Counted from the stretch's first letter, positions 28,382 through 37,296 are shown. The stretch is 59,585 bases of DNA from a virus (IMGVR_UViG_3300006226_001702:139064-198648); one strand, 5' to 3'. Notes: generated by a model from the letters alone, not told the origin. Numbers and translations are program-made.

Positions 28382-28422
28382 TACCTCATTGGGGGACTCG
28401 AACCCCCACAACCATTTGAGGT
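28382..28422 (-). ncRNA. tRNA minihelix-like RNA (acceptor stem + T arm only)
   Basis: ACCTCA-AATGGTTG-TGGGGG-TTCGAGT-CCCCCA-A-TGAGGT-A. Confidence 0.6.
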
Positions 28423-28823
28423 TACTCTTCAAACTCTAAGTCAGATGCTGCATCACTTGCTCTTGCACTAGCAGTTCCAACTTGTGCTGTTCTTCTAGTT
28501 ACAGCTGATGTATCAGTATGATGTACTCTTCCTCTAATTTGAACTGTTCTATCCATTCTAGAGTTATAACATAAATCTTGAATTGACCCATAGTCTGGCC
28601 TATTCAATGTAAAAATGTCACCACCATGATGAGCATCCCTGTACTCAACAACCATTCTTGAACCAATGTTCATTCTAATGTTACTGTTGTGTCTCAAAAT
28701 GTCACCCACTCTTAATTGTGCATCTTCACACATTATAATTCCAGATATTTCTAAAACTGTGTAAGTTTGAGCGAACATTATCATTGGTACTAATAGTAAC
28801 AATATCACTAACGCCTTTTTCAT
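28422..28823 (-). CDS. exported protein with signal peptide
   Basis: MKKALVILLLLVPMIMFA-Q Sec signal. Confidence 0.65.
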   Translation of the reverse strand: MKKALVILLLLVPMIMFAQTYTVLEISGIIMCEDAQLRVGDILRHNSNIRMNIGSRMVVEYRDAHHGGDIFTLNRPDYGSIQDLCYNSRMDRTVQIRGRVHHTDTSAVTRRTAQVGTASARASDAASDLEFEE

Positions 28824-29212
28824 TCTTCTTCCTTCTCCTTTAATCGTTTTCTAACATATTCATTCAAACTGTCTTTATTTATTTCAGCCCATTCTTCTAC
28901 GATAGAATTGACTAACTTTTCATGTGCGTTTTCTTCACCCTGTTCTTTAATCCATTTAATTGGGCGGCCTTTTCCATAAACTATAGCCATCATGAAAAAG
29001 ATAATTGACCCCATTAAGATTAGCCCCACAAACAATGCTGTAACGGCTCCAACCATCCAAAATGAAACTTTGAAGACATGCATTATAGCAAATGGCTCAA
29101 CCATCATCCATCTTAAAACAAAGCCCATAAACAATGAAAATGCCCAAACACATACTACAAACTTTAGATATGTCTTGAACCCCGGCATCAATTCTTTTAT
29201 CCAATATTTCAT
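28820..29212 (-). CDS. membrane protein
   Basis: Hydrophobic helices; start moved to 29212 to avoid tRNA-Gly. Confidence 0.55.
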   Translation of the reverse strand: MKYWIKELMPGFKTYLKFVVCVWAFSLFMGFVLRWMMVEPFAIMHVFKVSFWMVGAVTALFVGLILMGSIIFFMMAIVYGKGRPIKWIKEQGEENAHEKLVNSIVEEWAEINKDSLNEYVRKRLKEKEEE

Positions 29213-29215
29213 ATA

Positions 29216-29287
29216 AGCGGCAGGACGGTAATGCTCCGTCACCTCTGATTTGGCAAACCAGCGTACAGCCTTCTATACTACAACCGC
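29216..29287 (-). tRNA. tRNA-Gly(GCC)
   Basis: GCG/CGC-T acceptor end; loop TTGCCAA; atypical T-loop AGCATTA. Confidence 0.8.
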
Positions 29288-29439
29288 ATAAAGAGAGAAG
29301 GCAGGTAGTAGTCGCGTTCTACCATACTGCTCACACCATCCGTTTTCTGGTCCTAGATCTCCACTAGTTAATGACCCTACTTACTGGCTAGCTAGTCTTT
29401 ACTGTTACTTGATTCACAGTTTATCGGTGTTCTCTCTAT

Positions 29440-29510
29440 TACCCAGTGAAGGATTTGCACCCTCGCGAAAACGGTGTAAACGTTCCATGCTCCTGTTACA
29501 TCAACCGGGC
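29440..29510 (-). tRNA. tRNA-Val(TAC)
   Basis: GAACG-TTTACAC-CGTTT; T-loop TGCAAAT. Confidence 0.85.
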
Positions 29511-29683
29511 TTAATTAACGATGTGAATTCTTCATCACTTCGTTTGTTTATCTCATCAGCAAAATAGTTATCAATATAGTCATTAATTATGCATTGCTCT
29601 TCTTCAGTCCAAATTTTCTTGAAGAGTTCATCTCCATATTTTTGTCCTGCTTCTGTTAGAACAAATGAATTATATGACTTCAT
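29501..29683 (-). CDS. hypothetical protein
   Basis: Coupled to upstream ORF. Confidence 0.45.
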   Translation of the reverse strand: MKSYNSFVLTEAGQKYGDELFKKIWTEEEQCIINDYIDNYFADEINKRSDEEFTSLIKPG

Positions 29684-30036
29684 TTTTCTATTTCCTTAAT
29701 CTTCTGTTTGAGCCTTTCAAAATGTTCGCTCATATTATTTAGTGGGGCATTTTCTATTACTAAGATTTCCTGATGTCCATAAGCTGTTGCTAATATGAAA
29801 CAATCTTCTGGTTCATCAAAATCATAGTTAAAAGTGTACTTGCCATTTTTAACTGCTGCTCCACATGGATAATAACAGAAGTAATATTCAATATCCTGTC
29901 CATCTCTATGTCTAATATCTAAATCAAACACTGCCTTGAAAAAGTCATTTGCTGCTGGATATAGCGTCTCTTCATTTCGATACAGAGACTTAAATCTAAC
30001 TGTTGCCTCTTCAATCAATTCATCTAATGTTTTCAT
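29680..30036 (-). CDS. hypothetical protein
   Basis: Start moved to MKTLDE (30036) to avoid tRNA-Leu. Confidence 0.55.
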   Translation of the reverse strand: MKTLDELIEEATVRFKSLYRNEETLYPAANDFFKAVFDLDIRHRDGQDIEYYFCYYPCGAAVKNGKYTFNYDFDEPEDCFILATAYGHQEILVIENAPLNNMSEHFERLKQKIKEIEK

Positions 30037-30037
30037 A

Positions 30038-30118
30038 TACCAGATAAGGGACTTGCACCCCCACACCTTTCGGCACTAGTTCCTAAGACTAGCGTGTCTT
30101 CTATTCCACCAATCTGGC
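30038..30118 (-). tRNA. tRNA-Leu(TAG)
   Basis: CTAGT-CTTAGGA-ACTAG; long variable arm. Confidence 0.9.
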
Positions 30119-30183
30119 AAGAATGGCTTGCATCACTCCTGACCAAGTCCGGCAGTTTAAGGGAGCTTACTGCTAACCACATC

Positions 30184-30267
30184 TACCGAAAGTGGGACTT
30201 GCACCCACATACTCTTTCGAGCGCTGCCCCCTCAAGACAGTGCGTCTTCTAATTCCGCCACTTCGGC
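30184..30267 (-). tRNA. tRNA-Leu(GAG)
   Basis: CTGTC-TTGAGGG-GGCAG; long variable arm. Confidence 0.9.
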
Positions 30268-30271
30268 ATGA

Positions 30272-30346
30272 AGTCCCAGGAGGGAATCGAACCCTCTATT
30301 CTATGGCTTTGCAGGCCAAGCACCAGGCCACTGATGAGTCCGAGAC
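30272..30346 (-). tRNA. tRNA-Cys(GCA)
   Basis: Loop CTGCAAA, U73, T-loop TTCGATT; irregular D arm. Confidence 0.8.
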
Positions 30347-30556
30347 ATAAAGTGTCGTTTTACTCCAGTCGAGTTCTCCATCGAGCCGACACTGACATTG
30401 GTTTTTAACGGAGTTACCAACCTCTTCTCCGGGGTCATAAGCGAGCTTTCTCCAATCACTAAGGTCCTTCTTTTTCAGGGACGTGGTTACCTCACTCTCT
30501 GTATTCCCATAGGGGCACTCGGCCCTCCACCATCCGTTTTAATCGAAACGGAAAAT

Positions 30557-31129
30557 CTAAAATCCAAAAAGTTTCCATTCTGGATAGTAAGTCGTAACTG
30601 AAGCCTTCAATTTCTGTATGTTAGACCGTGCTGGTCTGTAAGGTAGAAACTTTGGCTTCCATTTTAGTTCCTCTAAAGTTTTATCACCTTTCAATCCGTT
30701 ACATTTTTTGCAGCAAGTTACTAAGTTTTCCCAAGTTGATTGTCCGCCTTTTGATAACGGTTTAACATGGTCAACTGATAGTTTACCTTCACCATAATTT
30801 TCACCACAAATGTAACAAGTGTGATTATCTCTTTCATATATGCCTTTTCTTGTGAGCTTAAGTGAAACTCGTGGCACCTTATCATAATTCAAATAACGAA
30901 TGACTTTTGGAAGAGCAACTCTTTGTGTTACTGAATTGATGAAGTCAGTTCCTTCTGGCCAAACATCTTGCTTTGAGAGTTCAAGCCAATCAGCCCAGTT
31001 AAGAGGTCGATATGAACCATCCTTAATGAAGAAAGACTCTACGGCGCCAGTGTACATCTTTCCAATTGTAGCAAACTTACTACATATTCTTATGGGAATA
31101 TAGGATTTATTGATAGCTAACACTTTCAT
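30557..31129 (-). CDS. HNH endonuclease (McrA-like)
   Basis: RDNHTCYICG, DHVKPLSKGG, WENLVTCCKKCN..KG. Confidence 0.92.
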   Translation of the reverse strand: MKVLAINKSYIPIRICSKFATIGKMYTGAVESFFIKDGSYRPLNWADWLELSKQDVWPEGTDFINSVTQRVALPKVIRYLNYDKVPRVSLKLTRKGIYERDNHTCYICGENYGEGKLSVDHVKPLSKGGQSTWENLVTCCKKCNGLKGDKTLEELKWKPKFLPYRPARSNIQKLKASVTTYYPEWKLFGF

Positions 31130-31165
31130 TTTTCTTTCTCCTTTTAATTATTTTTATCAACCTAT

Positions 31166-31239
31166 TACTCGTGTAAGGAGTTGAACCTTCTTCAACAGGA
31201 TATAAGCCTGCCGCTTCGCTACCCGCCGGCCTCACGAGC
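31166..31239 (-). tRNA. tRNA-Ile(TAT)
   Basis: GCTCGTG/CACGAGT-A; GCAGG-CTTATAT-CCTGT; T-loop TTCAACT; weak D arm. Confidence 0.7.
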
Positions 31240-31485
31240 ACAGTGAACTATATCCCGTGGAGGATTGTCCGCAAATAACAGGGTGACTCCTTTATCCATC
31301 TTTCAATAGTTCTTTAGCTACTGTGGCAACTCCTGCATCACATTAGTAGCATCAATGGGCTTTTCGTTCGGTGTTCCGTTACAAAGTTCCCATTTCGTGG
31401 ATTTAACCGGGCCACATTCCTTCTAGCCCCGTACTATTTGCCGACATAAAGACTATGACGACTTTAAGTTGATAGCTCAACGCTT

Positions 31486-31569
31486 CGGAAGGAAGAGGAC
31501 TCGAACCTCCAATGCCTTTCGGCACACACAGTTTAGCAAACTGGCCGACTACCATTATCACATCCTTCC
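31486..31569 (-). tRNA. tRNA-Ser(GCT)
   Basis: GGAAGGA/TCCTTCC-G; loop TTGCTAA; long variable arm. Confidence 0.9.
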
Positions 31570-31577
31570 ATAGTATA

Positions 31578-34505
31578 TTAACTACGATGTTTTTTGATTA
31601 TGCTTTCTAATTTTTCTATTTCGATTGGTTTTGGCATAAAGTCATTGAATCCATTGTTTAGAAACTTATGCTCTATGTCAGCATCTGATGCACTTAATGC
31701 AATGATTGGAACAGTTTTGAGATAACAGATCTCTTCACCAGTTTCTCTTAATCTCTTAGTTGTTTCAATTCCGTCCATTTCAGGCATTTTGTAATCCATA
31801 AAGATCATATCATACTTGTCAAGAGCTGCCATTTCAATTGCAATTTCTCCACTCTTAGCAATTCCAACTTTAGCGCCAAGTGATAATAACATACTTTTTG
31901 CTATCTTTAAGTTGACTGAAACATCATCTACTACTAATATGTTGAGATTAGTTCCAATGCCATCAATTTTGGCTTTCTTATTTATGAGAGCAGAAAGTTC
32001 AGATATAAACCTTGGAGTGTTTATCTTGATGAAATTGATATCATGGTCATTGCCCGCTTTTTCTAATTGGAGTGCTAAATTGGATAATTCTGTTTCACCA
32101 ATGTTTGCTAAAGCGCTCTTTAATCCATGTATCGTTATTATGTACTTTTCTAAGTCACCATTGTGTAATAAGTTCTCTTTACTTAAAAGCTCATCAATAA
32201 TCATAATGGCTTCTTCTGAATCATAGATGAATAAGTCTTCAACACTCATGTTATCAATATTCACTGAAGTCACTTTAGCTGCTTCTTCCAACATTTTTTG
32301 CTTTTCTTTTCTAGCAGCTTCACGAGTCTCTATTGGATATTTGTCTCTAATGAAATTGTTTAATACTACATTTAAGTTTCTAGTATCAATTGGCTTGCTT
32401 AAGAAGTCATCAAATCCATTATTTAAGAACATGTCTTGTTGACCAACGAATGCGTTAGCAGTCAATGCAACTATTGGTTTGTTGTAACCCATTTTTCGTA
32501 ATGTTGCTACTGTTTCAACACCATCCATGTATGGCATCATATAATCCATGAAGATTATGTCATACACTTTTCCAGAATTGATTAAGCTAATTGCATCATA
32601 ACCACTAAAAGCAGAGTCAATGTTCAAGCCATAAGTTGACAAGATGTTTTTTGCTACATACAAGTTTGATTTAACATCATCAACAATTAGAACCTTACCA
32701 TAAGGCATGTGCTCTTTAATGAACTGCGCTTGTTTTGTGATGTTAAAGTGCTTGAAGCTTGTTTCACTTAATTGATTAGTGAATGTTGTGCCACATACTT
32801 CATTTCCAACTCGTTCTTGTGGAATCTTAACAGTAACACTAGTACCTTTGCCAACTTTGCTTTCAATAGAAAGTTCACCATTTAATAAGTCAACTACTTT
32901 TTTGCAAATTGCCATTCCTAATCCAGTACCTGGAACTGTTCGTGCTGCACCAAAATTAAAGCGGCTATATTCATTGAAGATATTCTTGACTTGTTCTTCG
33001 CTCATACCAACACCAGAGTCTCTAATAGTGATAATCAAGTTTGAAATAGTGTCATCAACTTTTTCTGAGTTAATTGAAAAATCAATAGCACCTTCATTTG
33101 TGTACTTAAATGCATTAGACAAGATGTTGTTAATGATTTGCTTAATTCTAATAGCATCACCATTTAACTTCAATGGAGTGTTTTCATCAATGTGTAATAA
33201 GAACTCAATTGGTTTATTGTCATATCTAATTGCGTTAAGTTGTGCTGTATCATTTATTAAGCTTGGAATATCATACACATAAGGATTGACTTCTAATTTG
33301 TTTGCTTCAACTTTTGATAAGTCCAAAATATCGTTTATGATGTTTAATAACAAGCTTCCAGAATCATAAATCATCTCAAATGATTCTCTCATATCTTTAT
33401 TCAAATGATTTTCATGTAATTTTAATTCGGCAATGCCCAAAATTGCATTCATTGGAGTACGGATTTCGTGACTCATATTAGTTAAGAAAGCCGTTTTATA
33501 GATGTTTGCTTGTTCAACTTTCCAAGATTTTTTCTCAATAGCATCTGATCGTCTGTATATGATCACTATTGTGATACATAAAACTGTACAAATAATTAAG
33601 CTAATAACTATTAAGAAGCCCAACATATTGTCTAATGTTGATTTGAAAATTTCTCGTGGAAAGAAAATGCATAAATACCATTCATTTTCAAGTTGTCTAA
33701 TTGACAATAAACTTGCTTCACCAGAATAACTTATGTAATCTTCGTTTTCAATTGTTTCGCCATCTTTATATCTTTCAAAATAGTTGTAAAACTCAGGTGA
33801 TATTTCTCCAATGTTTTTTCCAAGAAAATCTTTGTTGTAATGAGTTAAGATTAGTCCGTCTTCATTTATAAGCATCCAGTTTACTACTGCATTAGAAGCT
33901 CTTGAAGATAAGTCTAACATTCTAACTAACGAGATGTGAGCCGCAATAATTGCTAATAATTCCCCATCATCACAAAAAAGTGCTTGAGTGTAAGTCATAA
34001 CATAATCATTAACAGTTACACTAACGTATGGAACAGTTACAGCAATTTCACCATTTGCTTCAATGGCAGTTGTGTACCATAATCTTCCAGTTGCGTCATA
34101 ATCACTTGCTAAAGATTGGTCCCAACCAACTCCCCAACCTGAAATTGATAATCTGTTGTAAAATGGTGCATAAACGAAAAGAACTTCAAAACCAGAAATG
34201 CCATTTCTATTTCTTTCATGTTCATTTATTTGAACTATATAATCTTCAAATACATCCATGCTAATATCATCCAACATCATTTGGCGAACTGTTGTTCCCA
34301 TGATGCTTATGATAGTTTCGAGCTCACGAATGTCGAGACTTAAATGATTTTCTATTGAATAAAACGTTTCATTTGTCACAATGTGAGCAAACTCCCGCTC
34401 TCTGTTAACTCCAAAATTGTAAGTTACCATAGTCATGATTGAAAAAGACACAATTATGAATAGAACTAACATGATTGGTGTCTTAACTAACTGATTTATT
34501 TTCAT
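31578..34505 (-). CDS. hybrid sensor histidine kinase (TM-dCache-TM-HisKA-HATPase-REC-Hpt-REC)
   Basis: RLWY...TVPY Cache; MSHEIRTPMN; NILSNAFKYT; DSGVG; GTGLG; two REC domains (VDD...FMDY.MP.MDG...KP); IHGLKS Hpt. Confidence 0.93.
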   Translation of the reverse strand: MKINQLVKTPIMLVLFIIVSFSIMTMVTYNFGVNREREFAHIVTNETFYSIENHLSLDIRELETIISIMGTTVRQMMLDDISMDVFEDYIVQINEHERNRNGISGFEVLFVYAPFYNRLSISGWGVGWDQSLASDYDATGRLWYTTAIEANGEIAVTVPYVSVTVNDYVMTYTQALFCDDGELLAIIAAHISLVRMLDLSSRASNAVVNWMLINEDGLILTHYNKDFLGKNIGEISPEFYNYFERYKDGETIENEDYISYSGEASLLSIRQLENEWYLCIFFPREIFKSTLDNMLGFLIVISLIICTVLCITIVIIYRRSDAIEKKSWKVEQANIYKTAFLTNMSHEIRTPMNAILGIAELKLHENHLNKDMRESFEMIYDSGSLLLNIINDILDLSKVEANKLEVNPYVYDIPSLINDTAQLNAIRYDNKPIEFLLHIDENTPLKLNGDAIRIKQIINNILSNAFKYTNEGAIDFSINSEKVDDTISNLIITIRDSGVGMSEEQVKNIFNEYSRFNFGAARTVPGTGLGMAICKKVVDLLNGELSIESKVGKGTSVTVKIPQERVGNEVCGTTFTNQLSETSFKHFNITKQAQFIKEHMPYGKVLIVDDVKSNLYVAKNILSTYGLNIDSAFSGYDAISLINSGKVYDIIFMDYMMPYMDGVETVATLRKMGYNKPIVALTANAFVGQQDMFLNNGFDDFLSKPIDTRNLNVVLNNFIRDKYPIETREAARKEKQKMLEEAAKVTSVNIDNMSVEDLFIYDSEEAIMIIDELLSKENLLHNGDLEKYIITIHGLKSALANIGETELSNLALQLEKAGNDHDINFIKINTPRFISELSALINKKAKIDGIGTNLNILVVDDVSVNLKIAKSMLLSLGAKVGIAKSGEIAIEMAALDKYDMIFMDYKMPEMDGIETTKRLRETGEEICYLKTVPIIALSASDADIEHKFLNNGFNDFMPKPIEIEKLESIIKKHRS

Positions 34506-34507
34506 AT

Positions 34508-34515
34508 TAGTTAGT
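34508..34515 (-). promoter_or_regulatory. ACTAAHTW-NN-ATG putative late promoter (example upstream of the hybrid kinase)
   Basis: Same motif and 2-nt spacing to ATG at nine ORF starts on both strands. Confidence 0.55.
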
Positions 34516-34702
34516 AGAATCGGTCAGTCAAATAGCAATTCGGATCTCACTCTGTCTTGTGTTCTTCTTCTAACGAATTCTTGCCACTGTGGATTTTTTC
34601 GAATGTACATATAATAGTGTGACAACCAAACGGCATCTTTTTGTTTGCAGGCCTTCATCACATGTGCAGGCGTCAATTTTCTAACATCATCCATTGCTTT
34701 CA

Positions 34703-34942
34703 TTAGTCAAATAACTCCTCATAATATCCACATTCTTGAATAACTTTCATTGGTAATCTCATTAGAGTTGTTTTATGCTTTAGACAATAATCTCTTGCTT
34801 CTTCTTTGCTAAGATAACTACCAAGAAATCCATTGTAATTCGTTTGATAATTTTCACACTCTTTACACCAGTAAGGTACTACTTGTTCCGTCATGTACTT
34901 GAGTGTTGCTCTTTTTCTGTCAGGTGGAGTTATGTCATACAT
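34703..34942 (-). CDS. small Cys-rich protein
   Basis: CKEC...C.KH; ends LFD like neighbour. Confidence 0.5.
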   Translation of the reverse strand: MYDITPPDRKRATLKYMTEQVVPYWCKECENYQTNYNGFLGSYLSKEEARDYCLKHKTTLMRLPMKVIQECGYYEELFD

Positions 34943-35166
34943 TAGTCAAACAAATCCAAAAACTCAATATCAGAAGTTACTTGTATTGATTTGCCAGTGG
35001 CTAAGTCATAAAGATCCATCTTATGCATTTTACAATGGTCAGTCGCAAGGATTGGCCCCGAAGGAAACTTCATTCCTCTTTTTGAATAGTGTTCACAAGT
35101 TGTGCATATTAGAGGGGTCTTCATATTGTTGGCATATTCACCAAAGTCGAAACAATTCATAATCAT
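34942..35166 (-). CDS. small Cys-rich protein
   Basis: CTTC...CKMH; ends LFD. Confidence 0.5.
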   Translation of the reverse strand: MIMNCFDFGEYANNMKTPLICTTCEHYSKRGMKFPSGPILATDHCKMHKMDLYDLATGKSIQVTSDIEFLDLFD

Positions 35167-35176
35167 AGATTAACAA

Positions 35177-35258
35177 CGGAAGAGACAGGACTCGAACCTG
35201 CATGTCTTTCGATCACTGGTTTTCAAGACCAGCGAGCTCCCTACTGCTCAACTCTTCC
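35177..35258 (-). tRNA. tRNA-Ser(TGA)
   Basis: GGAAGAG/CTCTTCC-G; CTGGT-CTTGAAA-ACCAG. Confidence 0.92.
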
Positions 35259-35695
35259 TAAATATGTTGTTTACCCTTAAATCTATAATTATCAGTTTGT
35301 TCATGACAATTAGGACATAAAAGTTCACAATTTTCTCTTAACACATTTTTTCCATTTCCATCAATGTGATGTAATTCTAAAGTTATTGGAATTCCCCTCC
35401 ATTCAACATTATTACATCCTTCACATTTATAGCCTCTTTCAATTAAAAGAAACTTCTTAATTGTTCTTTTATCTGTGCAACCCCTATTTACAGCATCATC
35501 ATATGATTCATATTTTTGAGCTATACCTGGTTTACGTTTATGATTATTTATATAAATCATTCCATTTTTTTCTATAACCCTTTTTACTGTCCTCCAAGTA
35601 CAACCAAATTTTGAAGCTATATCTGATATTGAAGTATCAGCAGCTAATAATTCTTTTAACTCGTCTACTTTATTATGTAATTTATTTTTTCTCAT
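35258..35695 (-). CDS. HTH + HNH homing-type endonuclease
   Basis: IASKFGCTWRTV HTH; CEGC, LELHHIDGN, LLCPNCH; free-standing between tRNAs. Confidence 0.88.
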   Translation of the reverse strand: MRKNKLHNKVDELKELLAADTSISDIASKFGCTWRTVKRVIEKNGMIYINNHKRKPGIAQKYESYDDAVNRGCTDKRTIKKFLLIERGYKCEGCNNVEWRGIPITLELHHIDGNGKNVLRENCELLCPNCHEQTDNYRFKGKQHI

Positions 35696-35824
35696 AATAA
35701 TTAGTACATTAATTAAGTACATCTAACATAATTAGCTGCCTATACTTGGCTCTTCCAAATTGCGTTCAATTTCATTTTAGCCTATTGACTGGGTAGAAAT
35801 ACCACGCGGGACCTAAGACCTCTT

Positions 35825-35946
35825 TACAATGGAGAAGGATTCGAACCTTCGACCCGGGGATTAACATTCCTAATTTGATTTGCAGTATTAAGCCGTTAGC
35901 ACGACTCTATTATTTACCTGCTCTACCAACTGAGCTATCCATTGTA
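35825..35946 (-). ncRNA. tRNA-Asn-like RNA carrying the array stem/CWGCAA module between D arm and anticodon loop
   Basis: Canonical D arm (GCTC-AGTTGGTA-GAGC) and T arm (GAAGG-TTCGAAT-CCTTC), 9-bp acceptor, ~45-nt insertion, GGA-ATGTTAA-TCC hairpin. Confidence 0.75.
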
Positions 35947-35950
35947 CGAT

Positions 35951-36026
35951 TGAGCCCGGGAGGACTTGAACCTCCGACAACCTGATTAAAAGTCAGGTAC
36001 TCTAAAACCACCTGAGTTACGAGCCC
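35951..36026 (-). tRNA. tRNA-Lys(TTT)
   Basis: CCTGA-CTTTTAA-TCAGG. Confidence 0.95.
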
Positions 36027-36031
36027 TTAAA

Positions 36032-36141
36032 AGCGGTAAGCTGGAATCGCACCAGTTGGGTGGCACAGGGACCTGCGCAGGGTTTATCCACCGGTCTAAA
36101 GAAACGGAGTGACGGCGCTTTGTCATTCCCATTCTACCGCT
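36032..36141 (-). ncRNA. acceptor-stem/T-arm RNA with non-tRNA interior
   Basis: AGCGGTAG/TTACCGCT stem; CTGG-TGCGATT-CCAG; two interior hairpins. Confidence 0.55.
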
Positions 36142-36143
36142 AG

Positions 36144-36217
36144 TGCTGCCTATCGGAATCGCACCGATGACAACTAGATTTTCAGTCTAGTGCTCTACTG
36201 GGCTGAGCTAAAGCAGC
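36144..36217 (-). tRNA. tRNA-Phe(GAA)
   Basis: CTAGA-CTGAAAA-TCTAG; T-loop TGCGATT. Confidence 0.9.
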
Positions 36218-36329
36218 ATGTGTGCAATCCCCGATGGTACAGCCACTCGTTTGATAGCATTATCCATTATCCGTTTCATGCACTGCAACATTTCTGTCGC
36301 TGTGGGAGCAACGAGCTTCCCACTCCGGA

Positions 36330-36700
36330 TGGACGTAACGGGAGTCGAACCCGTGTCCAAAAGAGTTCCAAATAAAAAGTGTTCTTACAAGGTTAGCTGA
36401 TTCATGCGACCTAACCGAGATATCTTTAACCAGCCATGCGTATCTCCAGTTGCACCCTCCGTTCCAATGTCCGCGCAAACCCGTTAGGACTAATTCACGC
36501 GTTAGGTTCTAAGCGTCGCCACTTTGAATGACCGAACCACTATCATTCAGTGACGGATTATGCTGCTAAGAGCGCGGCTGCTCTGTTGCCAGAGAAACCA
36601 TAATCGTATTCGTAACCGTTGCCGTTTACAATTTGATGGACTACCATCATCTTCCTTGACTCTCTATCCTTCGCTAATCTGTCGAAACCATTGTACGCCC
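36330..36700 (-). ncRNA. ssrA: tmRNA; tag reading frame 36623-36558 encodes GNGYEYDYGFSGNRAAALLAA*
   Basis: GGGCGTA/TACGTCC-A with G3.U70, GGTTTCGAC 5' motif, T arm ACGGG-TTCGACT-CCCGT, tag ending LAA-stop. Confidence 0.93.
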
Positions 36701-36706
36701 ATAATT

Positions 36707-36889
36707 TTATAAAAACTCTTCAACAAATTCGTCAAAAGTCTTTCCGCTTTGTTTGAAACGAGACCAAGTTTCTTCAGCTTGTGCTCGATCCATAATTGGT
36801 CCCCATCTATTTTCGTCATCAATTAAGATGCGATATTGTCCAGCATAAGGACCTTCTCTAATCACTTCAAAGAATTCGTGCTTTTCCAT
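36707..36889 (-). CDS. hypothetical protein
   Basis: AAGGA SD before MEKHEF. Confidence 0.5.
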   Translation of the reverse strand: MEKHEFFEVIREGPYAGQYRILIDDENRWGPIMDRAQAEETWSRFKQSGKTFDEFVEEFL

Positions 36890-37167
36890 ATTCAATTTCC
36901 TTTCAAAAAAATTCCACCCCATCCACTCGAATGGGGATGGAATCAGTTTACCTAATTTTTCCCATCCATCCCTATTGCCAAGATTTTACTCCGGCTTTTC
37001 ATGTCAAAGACCACTTCCATGCCACCGACTACTCGGGTCACTGTCAAGTTTGAAGCTTTTCTTTCCACATCTATCACAACGATAAAATGGGTAAGGCACT
37101 CCAATCATTCCGTAAAAGAATGACAGTACATATTTATGTATGCCAATTTTACATAGAAAATTCATAG

Positions 37168-37249
37168 TGGGCAGAGTGGGTGCCGACCCCACTACCCCCG
37201 AAGGGAAGAGTTTTACAGACTCCCGCGTTTGCCGATTCGCTATCTACCC
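37168..37249 (-). tRNA. tRNA-Tyr(GTA)
   Basis: GGAGT-CTGTAAA-ACTCT; variable arm; T-loop GTCGGCA. Confidence 0.88.
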
Positions 37250-37296
37250 AAATGCCGTGTTCTTTTATAGACCGTCGTACGGCTTGCCAACGGTTT

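Noticed and set aside
30331-30352. Hammerhead ribozyme on + strand (CTGATGA-GTC-CGA-GAC)
   Set aside because: Required GAAA after stem II is absent (ATAA), and the sequence is the antisense of tRNA-Cys
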